This document shows positions 24,261 through 37,239 of a DNA stretch of 64,000 nucleotides, one piece after another. Both the position numbers and the translations under genes were made by a program. The notes beneath the pieces are model-generated. The model worked only from the letters and a program-made list of their open reading frames with translations. It made no database searches and had not been told where the DNA came from. The DNA lies in contig NW_024704743.1 of NCBI RefSeq assembly GCF_018977255.1, positions 9,736,001 through 9,800,000 on the forward strand, read 5' to 3'. Each line of letters starts with the position of its first letter. Within the stretch, counting starts at the first letter, position 1. The DNA comes from Callorhinchus milii. Its lineage: Eukaryota.

Positions 24261-25659
24261 AAGACTCTTTTAACTTTCCCCTACTCTCACTCAGCTTGTA
24301 TCAAAGATGGTGGCTGAATAGTTTTCAAAGGGTTCGATGGAGCAATCCATCATCCACTAGGGGTGTTCAAGATCCAAAACAGATCAATATTCATCGTCCA
24401 AGGGTATTACACATTGATTGAAGTGCTATTTCTACACCCTCACCAACCCTATATATTATGTTTTGTGTCTAGGAGGCAACTCTGTCAACAAAATGTTTAT
24501 AAACAGGAAAGCTGAAATGCCACACTCAGCATTTCATTTGTATTGATTTGTAACAGAAGTTGTTAACATCGATTCCAAATGTACAGTCCTGCTGGCAACC
24601 GGGCATCTTGCTGAGCGTGAACCCAAATCCTGAAACCAGCCACAATACTACAGAATGCCAATGAGTTAAGCGAGATGGATGGATTTTGACACTTTTCCAG
24701 AATTGTAATTCGTCTTTGCAAGACTACGATATACATGGGGTAGGACCAGCCCAAATCAAGCTTTATCATATTGAATTCAAAGTATTTCACGGCAATTATT
24801 CACAACTATTTTTTCAGAAAAATGACATGGCCAATTTATCCACCGCAAGGTACCATGAAAGCCATGGGGTGAATGATTGGTGGTGGTTTGCAGCAACAGT
24901 CGGGTGGGTGTTCAGGAAAGATGAGATCAAACGGCTTTCTTCATCCAAACCTCTCGTGATCTTGTGAGTTTTGGAGTTCAGGAGAACTTTTTCTTCTCAG
25001 TTTAAATAGTGCAACGGGATATTCATCATCGACTTGAAGAACAGGCAATTCCAGTCACCTAGAGCAGCAGAAATAGAATACCATCTGTTGTACACTTGTG
25101 GGTTTGCACTTGTCAACCACCCACACAATTGCTCACATCTGATTCTGTGTTAAATATAAAGAAGTGTAGCTGTGAACATATGATGATTAATTGCAATGTT
25201 TTGCAATGTCTTGCTTTGTCTCGAAAAGGTCCAGCTGCTGGCTTGAAAGAAGACATCAGTGTTTTTGTGAAAGAGACCAAAACTGCGGTTTAGAAGAGAA
25301 AATTAATTTGCTCTTCTAAACCCAAATTAATTATTGCAAAGCACTATTAGACATTTTTACGTGTAATATAAAAAAATCATTCTTTCATTTTCTCTCTTTT
25401 TTTTGTCTTTCTGTTTGTCTCCGTCTCTCTCTCTCTTTTGCTCTCTTTCTTTTCACGAAGCTAAGAGAACTGTCTGTTCACTTCTGAGACCCAGATTTAC
25501 AATTAGCTCAGACTGATGGAATAAAAGTCTTGCTCTCAGCTGAAAGAGTTCAAGATTAATTGAATGGCGGTTTCCCTGTGGAATTGGGAGTGCACACAGC
25601 AAAGCAAAGGTTAGCAAAGCTGGAGAGGATTTTCATGTGGGTAAATTGGCCATTTAATT

Positions 25660-26905
25660 TGTCCTCTGCCTCCTCGTCCTCCTGGATCTCTCTGCTGCTT
25701 TCGACACAGTTGACCATGCCATCCTCCTCCACCTCCTCTCTTTCCTCATCTACCTCAGTGGGACCGCACACCTATGGTTCGAGTCCTACTTAACCAACCA
25801 CTCCACTTCATCTTGGCAAATGGTTTCATCCCCCACCCCCACCCGGTCATCTGTGGGGTACCCCAGGGTTCCACACTTGGCCCTCTTCTTTTCCTCATCT
25901 TTATGCTCCCACTTGGCAATGTCATCTGCAGACACAAGGTAAACTTCCACACGTTTGGCACTGACACACAAATCTACTTTGCCTCCTCCAGAATCGACTC
26001 CAGGTCCCCCGATGTTCTATCAGCTAGTCTGGCAGACATCAGGGTCTGAATCTGTACAACTTCCTACAGCTGAATGTGGACAAGACAGATGTCATACTCT
26101 TTGGCTACCCAACATCTTCACTCCTGTGGATCTGAACTCCTCAAACTCCCTGGGCTCCCCCTCAGACTCACCAAACCAGTGCACAATCTAGGCATCCGGT
26201 TTGACCCCAGCTTTCCTTCCTTCCCCAAATCCAGTCCCTGACCAGGACCACCTTCCTCCACCTCTGCCACATTGCCCGCCTCTGACCGTACCTTACCCCA
26301 AATGCAGCCGAAACCCTCGTGCATGTGTTTGTCACCTCCTGCCTGGATTACTCAAACACACTCCTCGCTGGTCTTTCCAGCTCCATTATTCAAAATATCC
26401 AGCTCATTCAGAATTCTGCTGCCCGCATACTGAACCGGAACTGAACATACAAACTCCGTAACCACATCTCACCAGTTCTGGCCAGGCTTCACTGTCTCTC
26501 CATCACCGAACGCATGGACTTCTAGATCCTCACACCTGTGATCAAATTCCTTCACTCCCTGGCACCCCCCTACCGCTCCCACCTCTTCACTCCCCAATCC
26601 ATCACCCGGCGCCTGCGCTCGACTGGCACCGGCCTCCTGCTTGTCCCTCGGCCCTCCGCTCCGCCATTGGAGGTCACACTTTCAACCATATGCCCCCAAA
26701 CTCTGGAACACTCTCCCCCAGTCCCCTACCTTGCCCCCTCTCTCCCTTTTTCAAGTCCCACCTGAAAACCTTCCTTTTTGACCGTGCTTACGGTCACCTC
26801 CTCCCCCCGCCCCCCCCACCCCGGCTTGGAGTCAGGCTCCACCACTGTTAAGCACTCTGAGATGCTACCCTGTGTCAGGGCGCTAAGAAGTGCAAGTTGT
26901 TAGTT
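25660..26905 (+). mobile_element. 5'-truncated L2 LINE (RT C-half plus tail)
   Basis: LLDLSAAFDTVDH-like start, GVPQGSTLGPLLF, 3' end GCAAGTTGTT. Confidence 0.88.
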
Positions 26906-29301
26906 TTGTAGTTATTTACAGAATGTTGGAAACTGAACATGTCCAATTATTTTGAAGCTGTTATCAACAAAGCTAATCAAATATTATACATTTCAAGGGG
27001 ATCTGAATACCAGTTGTTTGGATGTGTTGAAAGACATTGTTCCAATGATACATGAGTCACTAATGGGAACATCCAGAAGGTGAAAGCTCTCATGTAATAA
27101 TCCCTCCAAAAAAACAAATAAATAATAATTATTTGTTCACTCAATCCATGACTATTTGTGGGACACTGCTGTGCACATTTAACTGCCACGTTTCACCCAC
27201 AAAATATACAGTCAATTCACTTTACAGTATATGCTATGAAGTGTTTTGAGATATCTCAAGGACATGATGAGGTGCTATATCAATAGAAGGATTATTATTA
27301 TGCTCTTAGCTGTAAGACAATTTACAACTTGAGATTATGTGGAATTTGGGAACATGGTCATAAATTTTGTTAGAACCTTGAAGCTGATTTTCATTAGGAC
27401 TGAAAAAGAACTCTAGAAAATCAACTTCACAATTAGGTCTTAATTTAAGACAGTGCTCTAAAATTTTGCACGATTGTAAATTTAAGATGGTTTTAAATTG
27501 TCAATCTAAAGTATCAGATTATCTCAGTTGGTAGCATTTTCACCTCTGGGCCAGTAGGTTTGCAGCTTCAAGCACCAGGTTATGACATCAAACTCACTGT
27601 CCAAGATGACACTCAAGTGTAGTGCTGGGGCTATGTTGCATTGTCAGAGGTGCCATCTAACAGATGAGATGTTAAAATGAGCTCCCGTCTGCCAGTTTGG
27701 GTAGACATTAAAGACCCCACAGGACAATTTGAAAAGAGAACAGAGTTTCTCTAGATGTCTTGCCAACAATTCTCCCGATAAAATTGATCATTAACTTCAT
27801 GCTGTTTTTGGGACTTATTACGCAGAAATTGGCTGCTGTGTTCGCCTATGAATACACAGTAACTACACTTCCCATGCATAAAGTCCCATGTTTATCGCAA
27901 ATACAAAATAACATGAAATGAAAAATGTATAAAACAAAATAAAATGAACAAGTTATTACAAAACAAACACAGGAAGAAAGTTTAAACATTAGTTATGTTT
28001 GCAAAAATATTTAAAAAGTGAATAAATGCTTGGAATGGTTGTTGTGTAGGCTCCGTTGTTACCATAGATATGGTCTGGAAGGAAGTGGCTCAAGGCGGCT
28101 TTGCACCTGCGCAAATGTATTTAAAGTCTGAGTTGTTAAACACTTCATGGAAATTCACAGATTTTGTTATTGGGGACGTATGGCTTTAAAATGCCTAAGC
28201 CGGCTATTATCATTAAATGTCATAACAAGGATGTTATGCATTTGAGATCTGCAGATGTTATGATATGCTGTTAGGCTCAGATGCCAGAATGCCATCTTAT
28301 GCAATACTGTTATTCTGTGTGTCATGTACCCTGTGGTTAGCATAGACTGTGAATGTTTTATTTTTTCAAGGTATATATTGATTGTATATGACAGACGACA
28401 AACCATGATAAAAGAAAATGTAGAGTAGTCGTATTGTTGCTTTTAATTTCTGAAACCTTTCAATACTGTGGAAAAATGCTTAATAAAATGCTGTAGTATA
28501 GATAAACTGGGATATATTTTGTATTTTTATTTGTATATGGTTATTTGAGGTAATTTAAAAACGTAAATGTAATTAAAAAAATTTAATGGATGAAAAGAAA
28601 CACAAAATTCCTGAAAAATAAAAAGTTGCAAAAGAAATAAAAATTTCAAGGAACTCTACCTCGGAAGCACATTTCGATGGTATATCAAATAGAAGGATTG
28701 TTCATTATAACATCAGTTATTTCAGATTTCTTGATATGCAGTCTGAGTGTAATTTAGGATTGATTGTCTAATTTCAGCTAACAGACTGTGGAGATGCTGG
28801 TTTGGGGAAATACAAAAAATGCATCATTAGAGGAAACATCATTACTGTTACAGTAAACATCCACAATGCATTTATATAGGACCTTTTGCATCTTGCAGCG
28901 CTTTGTATTATTGCAGTACAGTATTATTGTACAGTATCACAGTAAACATCATACTATTGCAGTAATGCATTGGGTATGTGGTATAGTACTTAATACATAG
29001 GGAGTGGGGTGTTGAGTTTCTAATCTGTTTAATGGTCATAGTGACAAATGTAAGGAGAAGTGAGGTAACCTTCTGTGTTCATGCTTGTGAATGTGTTCCT
29101 ATACAACCTGGTACATTTGTGTTCTTTTTCCAGTTGAAATGCCATAGCAGTGGGTACTGTTCATCTGTGCTGTGGTCTGGATAGAATGAGATCCTGAAAC
29201 TTCTCACTGCAACATGCTGTTCTGGGACTCACAGTTGTATTATCTGCATCAAAAACCCATTTTGTTTCTTGTTCCACAATGTAAATGTTTTATGTGCACA
29301 A

Positions 29302-29568
29302 TTTCCAGGCAGGGCGAAACCTTGGGCAAGTTTCCTTACTCCACACGCCTAATAATAATCCCTCCAAAAAACAAAAACAATAATTAAATTGGCCATTTTC
29401 AATCTACGACTGTTTGTGGGACATTGCTGTGCGCAATTGGCTGCCGCGTTCGCCCACAAATATACAGTCAATTCACTTTACAGTGTGTTCTGTGAAGCGC
29501 TTTGGGATGTCCTCCCGACGTGAAAAGCGCTATATCAAATGCAAGGATTATTATATTATTATTATTAA
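29302..29568 (+). mobile_element. Young tRNA-SINE, 5'-truncated at the B box
   Basis: Near-identical to the 3' part of the 15472 and 62566 copies. Confidence 0.88.
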
Positions 29569-29951
29569 TTATCTGTTCCATCATGAAAAGGGTACGTGTC
29601 AGAAATGCTCACGAGATGAATAAATGCATGCAGTATGGCACAGACAAATGGTTAATTCTGAATAATGGAAGAGGCAATAATAATAATAATTCTTGCATTT
29701 GATACAGTGCCTTATCACGTAATTGAGATGTTTCAAAGCTCCTCACAGAATATATTGTAAAGCGAATTGACTATAATTTGTGGTCAATTTTGCAGTTGCC
29801 CAATAAACGTTTTTTTAATTCTATCTTGGGCATTTTATTCTATGTTGAGCATTGTTCTAAAACTATGATGGATTAAGCTAAAATAAAAATTCTGACTGTT
29901 ATTTGCCAAGGAAATAAGCAAACTGACTTCCTCTTCTATGCCATTTGTGGC

Positions 29952-30003
29952 CCTTCAAGTGTTGGGACTCTACCCTGCAGGGTAGAGTCCCAACACTTGA
30001 AGG
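29952..30003. repeat. Perfect 52-bp spacerless palindrome
   Basis: CCTTCAAGTGTTGGGACTCTACCCTG|CAGGGTAGAGTCCCAACACTTGAAGG; the 26-nt arms are exact reverse complements. Confidence 0.97.
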
Positions 30004-30836
30004 AGCCATATAAATGCAAGTTGTTGTTGCATTTTGACAGTTAGCCTTCCCTTGAAGTTTCTCAAAACATGAGAAGGCGTGAATTCAATCAAATCGTATA
30101 ATCGTATGATCGATAATCAAATCGTAGCACACCCATTGAGAAAGAGGGCATTTTCTAATGTGATTCCTTCCACAGCATCTCATTCCTCATCTCCCTATCA
30201 CTGGTGGTACGAGGAGGGGAGAGAATCTGCTGTGCTGTTTTTTTTTTAAAAAGTTAGCACATCCCAAATTATATTACTTCCTTTTGGCCTTTCTGCTCCT
30301 ACTCTGGTGTTCTCTTGCTAGGATGCGGTTCCATGTGCACCAGTTGTTCTCCAGTATTGCTGTCAAGTGGCCACTGTTTGTATGTGAACCTTGGTAGTGT
30401 GTCAGCAGACTACTCCACTGTAGAGGCATCATAACCCAGCCTGACCTCTGCCCGCCCGACTGCCACACAGGTGTACAAAAAGGAGAAGGTGTAAAGGTTC
30501 TAGGAGCAGGAAACCTGGCTGTTTTCCTCTTCCTTAACCCATGGTCAAGTTAGTCTTCTCATTCAGCACAGCTGAGACCAGCAAACTCAGACCAGGATTT
30601 AAGACAGCAAGTGCCTGGTCTGTAAGATGCTGATCAATCCACCATACCATTAGGGTTGACAACATTCCTCTGTTCTTGTAATGAAATACCTTTCAGCTCT
30701 TTCTTTCCAGGTGCTCATCTATTAGCATCCCAGTGTAATTTATCTGTTGCCTTTGCTCTATTCACCAAAATCAAATCTGAAAGATATCTGACCTTGCTAT
30801 GGTTATCTCACTAGATCCATTTCTTACACAACCCAT

Positions 30837-31160
30837 GGAGTCCTCTAGCTCAGTGGTTAGAGCATTCGGCTCGCAAGCAAGAGACTTAGGTTTGATTCCT
30901 GGCAGGGCAAAACCTTGAGTAAGTTTTCTTACTCCACACGCCTGATAATAATCTTTCAAGAAAAAAATAATAAATAATAATAATTTGGTCACTCAATCCA
31001 CAACTGTTTGTGGGATACTGCTGTGTGTAATTGGCTGCCGCATTTCGCCCACAAATATACAGTCACTACACTTTACAGTATATTCTGTGAAGCGCTTTGA
31101 GATGTCTAGAAGACTCTGAAAAGCGCTGTATCAAATGCAAGGATTATTATTATTTATTAT
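30837..31160 (+). mobile_element. tRNA-SINE, full length
   Basis: GGAGTCCTCTAGCTCAGTGGTTAGAGC head; (ATT)n tail. Confidence 0.9.
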
Positions 31161-31386
31161 AACCTATAATTAGAACAGATCCACATACAATAGAAAATAC
31201 ATACCTGAGACTTTAAATGAGCTTGGCTCATGAGAATACGAACAAGAAGAGCCCATTCAGCTGATTGAACCTCATCCACTAATTTATTTGATCATGACAG
31301 ATCTTTTAATCCATTACTTGCCTTTTCTCATTACCCCTTATTCCCTTAGTTCTCAAAATAAACACACAGAGTAGCAGCAGCCCATT

Positions 31387-32930
31387 CATAGATCATAGAA
31401 TTATACGCCACAGAAGGAGGCCCATTATGTCTGTGCCGGCTCTTTAAAAAGAACTTTCCAATTGAATCCCACTCCCCTGTGTTCTCTCCATAGCCCTGCA
31501 AATTTGTCCTCCCCAAATAATTATCTACTCTCTTAAAAGTTGTTATCGAATCAGCTTCCACCACCCTTTCAAGCAATGCATTCCAGATCCGAACAACTCG
31601 CTGTGTAAAACAAATTCTCCTCACCTCCCCTCTGTTTCCTTTAACAACTATTTTAAATTGGTGTCCTTGGGTTACTGAGCCACCCGCCAGTGGAAATAGT
31701 TTCTCCTTGTTCACCCTATCGAATCCCCTCATAATTTTGAAAACTTCTATTAAGTCTCCTCTTAACCTTCTCTGCTCCAAGGAGAATAATCCTCGCTTCT
31801 CTAGTCTCTCCTGATAACTGAAGTCCCTTATTCCTGGGACCATCCTGGTAAATCTCCCTTGCTTTATCAATCTGTCCTGCCACCTTCAAAGTATGGAGCC
31901 CAGAACTGAATACAGTCTCTAGCTGAGGCTTAACCAGTGGTTTATAAAGGTTCATCATAACTTCCTGACTTTTGTATTCTGTGCCCCTATTTATAAAGCC
32001 TAGTATCCTGTATGCTTTTTTAACAGCTTTATCTACCTGTCCTGCCACCTTCAAAGATTTGCTTATATGAAGCCCCAGGTCTCTCTGTGCCTTCACCCCC
32101 TTTAAGATTCGACCATCAGCTTATATTGCCTCTCCTCATTCTTCCTTCCAAAATGCATCATTTCACAATTCTCCACATTAAACTTCATCTGCCACGTGTC
32201 TGCCCATGTTACCAGTCTGTCTATGTCCATTTGCAGTCTGCTACTATCCTCCTCACTGTTTACTACTTTTCCTACCTTTGTATCATCTGCAAACTTGAAA
32301 ATTGTGCTCCCTATACCCAAGTCCAGGTCATTTATATAGATCAAAAACAGCAGTGGTCCCAATATCCCCATGGGGGGACACCACTGCACACTTCCCTCCA
32401 GTCAGAAAAACAACCATTCACCACCACCCTCTGCTTTCTGTCTCCCAGCCAGTTCTGTATCCATGCTGCCACTGTCCCTTTAATACTGTGGGCTTCTATT
32501 TTGCTTACAAGTCTCTTATGTGGCACTTTATCAAACGCCTTTTGAAAATCCATATAAGCTACATCAACTGCACAACCTTCATACACCCTCTCCATTACTC
32601 CATCAAAAAAACTCTATCAAGTTTGTTAGATATGATTTGCCTTTAACAAATCCGTGTTGTCTGTCCTTATTAACCCATATTTTTCTAAGTGAAAATTTGT
32701 TTTTCCAGATTACAGTCTCGAGAAGTTTCCCCACTACTGATGTTAAGCTAACTGGCCTGTAGTTCCCAGGTTTATCTTTCTGCCCCTTTTTCTACAGGGG
32801 AGTAACATTTGCAACCCTCCAGTCCTCTGGTACCACCCCGGTGTCCAAGGAGGATTGAAAGATTGTGGCCAGAGCCTCCGTTATTTCCACCCTTACTTCC
32901 CTCAGTAAGTTAGGATGCATCCTGTGCGGA
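31387..32930 (-). mobile_element. CR1 3' 1.5 kb (RT domain)
   Basis: YMDFQKAFDKVPH, LGPLLFLIYINDL, KFADDTK, RRLRGDLIEVFKI; tail TTCTATGATCTATG. Confidence 0.92.
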
Positions 32931-35567
32931 CCACATGGCCTGGATATTAGACCCAGGTCCTCTGTAACTCAATAACAACAACATGCATTTACATTGTGGC
33001 TGTCATGTGGGGTAGTAGCTTGGAGTGCTGAACAATAGCAGTGCTTCACACTGATCAGGGGAGAAAGGGGAGCTGATTGTAGGCAAGTATGTTTGAAGAA
33101 GAAAGTCTTCAGCTGTGATTTGAACAACAACAAATTGCATTTGTTTGGTGTGTTTCATATCGGAAGGCTGTCCCAAGGCACTGGAATAATTGGCCCAAAC
33201 CCGGCTTAAAACATTGTGAGCCACCATTCTGAATTACCAGGTATTGAGGCCCCTCCTTTCAAAGCTTCAATGTTTTTTTTTACTCAGCCAGGTGTCTGAC
33301 ACACCTAGAAACCATCTCCATACATTGCCCTGCCTGCCTCACCATTGCTGGTTTGACGTTCAGTTTTTCTGCCCCACCTTCTGGAACTCCATCCAGGGAA
33401 ATCTCTCTGGCTCACCCCCTCCCTCAGCTCCTTCAAGGCCTGTCTCAAGACCTTCCTCTTTGACCGTGCTTTCGGACCAACCCCTTAACCTCCACTCTTC
33501 TTGATTCCAAACCCAGCCTTAACTGTCTAGCAACTTAGGATTTCCTTCCAACATGAAATGCGCTATACAAATGTAATTTGCTGTTAAGAGTATCCAAACC
33601 AAACTGAGAGTTCCATGCATGCCACTTACCCATGTAAATTTTTGTGTTTTCGAATGGAATTCACACACTCGTCCTGGAGGGACACATCTTGCTTACCTGA
33701 TACCAGAGAGCATTAGGCACAGGTTGGCAACCCTACAGTGTGAGCTGGGGTACTGCTGGAGTTTAACAAGCTAAAACCAGAAAGCTGGTCATTGAAAGCA
33801 ATGTGTGGCAAGTTTTCTGCTGCTTGTCCAGCTAGGACAACCCTACCCGATAGGGCTTTATCTTGCAGGGTCAATGAGAGTTGATTGGGAAGATTCCCTG
33901 CCCCCGGTATATCCTCCTGGTCATACTGATAAACCATGTTGGCTGGGCTGTCATCAGCAGTGCCCTGGAGTATTGCTAACTCGGCTTGCTCAGCAGAGTT
34001 CCAAAGGACTGGGCAGAATTCAATGCTTGTGTCAGTCTATCTTAGTTGGTAGCCCTCTCGCCTCTGAGTTAGAATGTTTTGGATTCAACCCCTTTGTCAG
34101 GGCTCACAGTCCAGATTAGCCTCCACTGCACGGAGTGTGCTATATTGTGAAAGGTGTCACCACTCAGATGAGATATTTAACCAAGGTCCTGTCTTCCTGT
34201 TCAGGTGGACATTAAAGATCCCATGGCACTATTCAAAACAAGAAGGCAGTTTCTCCCAATATCCTGGCCAACAATCCTTCGGATAAAATTGGTCATTCAC
34301 TTCACGGCCGTATGTCAAACACTACTTTATGCAAGTGGCTGCTGTGTTTGCCCACAAAACACAGTCACTCCACTTTACAGTAAAAATCCTGGAAGAGCTG
34401 AGATGGTGAGATAAGGCATTGTATCAAATGCCACAATTATTATTAGAATTTGATTAAATAAATAATACTGTTGAATGCAGAAAATTGGATCTTATTGCTA
34501 TGGACATGATTACTTTCATTAAATAGTGAAGAGATTGTTCCAAACTGCAGGAAGATCTATTGTACCTATTATATTTAGAAGCACAAATAGCATCAACTAA
34601 ACAATACCAAGTACTGCAATGGGCGATTAACCTACAAGTGTATTCTATAGTCTAGGACTTAGTAAATGAGCTTGTACATGCAAACATTCACCCTGGTGAT
34701 ATATTTTTAAATAAATTGTCTTTTTTAAATCAGAAATATTAGAAGGATGCTTCTTTCACATGAAATACAATTATTTGATTAAAATGTTTCATATTTACTC
34801 TCAAAAGCAAATCAACTGCAATTCTTTTAATTATAAAGTGACTATAATACGGTTAATACAAATCAAATCCTCTCTGCTACAACAATACTTTGATCTCTTG
34901 GTTACAGAGATGTTGTACCCCCACTATGTTCCCAGGAGTAAAAATAGATGATGGGGGAACATCTGTTCTGCTTGCAGCACCTATAAATAACCCGGTATAT
35001 AATAATATATTACCAATAAGATACGCATTAAAAAGTGTTGCAAGCAGGTTATTTATCTTAGATGGTGAAAGCAGACTGGAGATGTAGGTCAGAAATTATG
35101 TTTGAAATTGAGCATATAAATAACACTTCACTGCATTTCTTACTCAGTGTATTGCTTGTTTGTTTGTGCATTTATTCATGCATTCATTCATATATTTATC
35201 TCTCTTTTAAATTTTCAATTTTTTATTTATTTATATATATATAATCAAACACATTTACATGCATATTTGCAGTTTGAAGATTGCATTGGTGAAATGCCAG
35301 TGTAGCAAAGGGAGGAAACTCACTAACAAGAAAAAATAATGATTTATTATTAATAATCATCAGTTCTCAAACAACTATCAAAGCCCCAAATTACCCTTAA
35401 GGCCATGGTCTTAAATTTTGGAAAATTCTTAAATTTTAATTTAGTGTCTGGTTTTCTGCAAGCCTTTCTAAAAAAAGGTTTCTAAAGGAAAAAGGGTAAA
35501 TTGTACAATATTATGGTCTTTACTATGGTCACACCTAAACACAAATGCATTAAGTTACATTCTTGAA

Positions 35568-35950
35568 TTCCTGTAGCTCAGTGGTTACAGCACTCACCTT
35601 TGCAAGTGAGGAGATCTCGGTTGGATGGCGAGTACTGTAAAGGTGAGTGCTGTAACCACTGAGCTATAGGAATTCAAGGGTGAAACGTTGGGCAAGTTTC
35701 CTTACTCCACATGCCTGTTTATCTAGCAGTAGGTAAGAAACCAGTTGTTAGTCGATTGGCGGATTGCTTTTCTGGGAGTAATAGTTCTTTAAAAAAATAA
35801 TAAATTGGTCACTTCAATCCACAACTGTTTATGGGACACTGCTGTGTGCAATTGACTGGACACATTTCTGTGATTTTGTGAAATGCTTTGAGATGTCTCG
35901 AAGACGTGATAAGGCCCTATACCAAATAGAAGAATTGCTATCATTATTAT
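35568..35950 (+). mobile_element. Long-variant tRNA-SINE with inverted duplication of its head
   Basis: Head, internal GTAAGAAACCAGTTGTTAGTCGATTGGCGGAT segment, shared tail. Confidence 0.85.
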
Positions 35951-36167
35951 ATATGTTTTGCGGGGCCACTGGTTTTGAAAGGGGAAGTGGCAAAGTGGCC
36001 TTTCACCTGCCACTTTACATGGTATCACCTACAAAATACATAGTCACTACTCTTAACAGTAAGTCCTGTGAAGAACTTTGGGATGTTTCAACTACGTGAT
36101 AAGGCGCTATATCAATTGCAAAGATTTAATGATACATACAAGATTGTAAAAGACCAGCATTTGATCA

Positions 36168-37040
36168 TTCATAGAATCATATAATCGTACAGCACAAAAA
36201 GAGGCCATTCGGCCCATCGAGTCTGTGCCGGCTCTTTGAGAAGAGCTATGTAATATCAATCCCACTCCCCAGCCCTTTCCCCATAACCCTGCAAACCCGT
36301 CCTCCTCAAATACCCGTCCACCACGTTTTTAAAAGTTGTTATCGAATTGGCCTCGACCACCCTTTCAGGCAATGTGTTCCAGATTCAAACAACTCGCTGC
36401 GTGAAAAAAATTCTTCTCACCTCCACTCTGCTTCTTTTAGAAACTATTTTAAATCTGTGACCTTGAGTAACCGAAGCACCCATTGGTGGAAACAGTTCTT
36501 CCCTTTCTAACCTATCAAATCCCCTCATGATTTTGAAGACCTCTATTAGGTCTCCTCATAACCTTCTCTGCTCCAATGAGAATAATCCTAACCTCTCTGG
36601 CCTTTCCTCATAATCAAGGTCCCTCATTCCTGGTTCCCTCCTTGTAAATCTCCTCTGCACCCTTTCCAATGCCTCAACATCCTTCCTATAGTGTGGTTCC
36701 CAGAACTGGGCGCAGTATTCTAACTGAGGCCTAACCAGTGTTTCATATAGGTCAATCATAACCTCCTGACTCTTGCACTCTATGCTCCTATTTATAAAGC
36801 CTAGTATCCCATATGCCTTTTTTACAGCTTTATCTACCTGTCCTGCCACCTTCAAGGATTAATTTACCTGAGCTCCCAGGTCACTCTGTTCTGTTACCCC
36901 CCTTAAGATTGTATAACCTATCCTATATTGCCTCCCCTCATTCTATCTTCCAAAAAGCATTATCTTGCATTTCTCCACATTGAAATTCATCTGCCATGTG
37001 TCTGCCCATTTTACCATTCTGTCTATGTCTTCCTGCATTG
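36168..37040 (-). mobile_element. CR1 3' fragment
   Basis: KAYGILGFINRSIE..LVRPQLEYCAQFW..LEQRRL; ATTCTATG-type tail. Confidence 0.9.
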
Positions 37041-37137
37041 CTATTTTCACATATCATATACCCCCATTTCCTGTTTGAAACTGACCATGCTCACTGCCTC
37101 CACCAGGAAGTGGTAGAAGCAGCACAACATGTTAGCT

Positions 37138-37239
37138 ACAAAAACAGAGAGAGCTGGGAAAACTCAACAGGTCAGGCAGCATCCATGGAAAAAGGAAAGT
37201 GAGTCAATGTTTCGGGTCCATGACCCTTCGTCAGAACAG
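37138..37239 (-). mobile_element. Solo Penelope-like terminal repeat (102 bp) with 8-bp flanking direct repeat
   Basis: AAAACAGA..GCTGG..AACTCAACAGGTCAGGCAGCATC..GTTTCGGGTCC..CTTCGTCAGAAC resembles chondrichthyan Penelope pLTRs as I recall them; TGTTAGCT at 37130-37137 and 37240-37247. Confidence 0.8.
37201..37237 (-). ncRNA. Minimal type I hammerhead ribozyme motif (possibly inactivated)
   Basis: Minus strand GUU-CUGACGA-A-GGGUC-AUG-GACCC-GAAAC-AUU-GAC: both core boxes, 5-bp stem II, 3-bp stem I (GUU/GAC). Confidence 0.75.

Noticed and set aside
24560..25080. Minus-strand exon after TTTCTGCTGCTCTAG
   Set aside because: Stops in all three frames soon after the acceptor; no homology recognised.
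28780..28840. Second Penelope terminal-repeat remnant
   Set aside because: Only GAGATGCTGG-like similarity and no hammerhead core.
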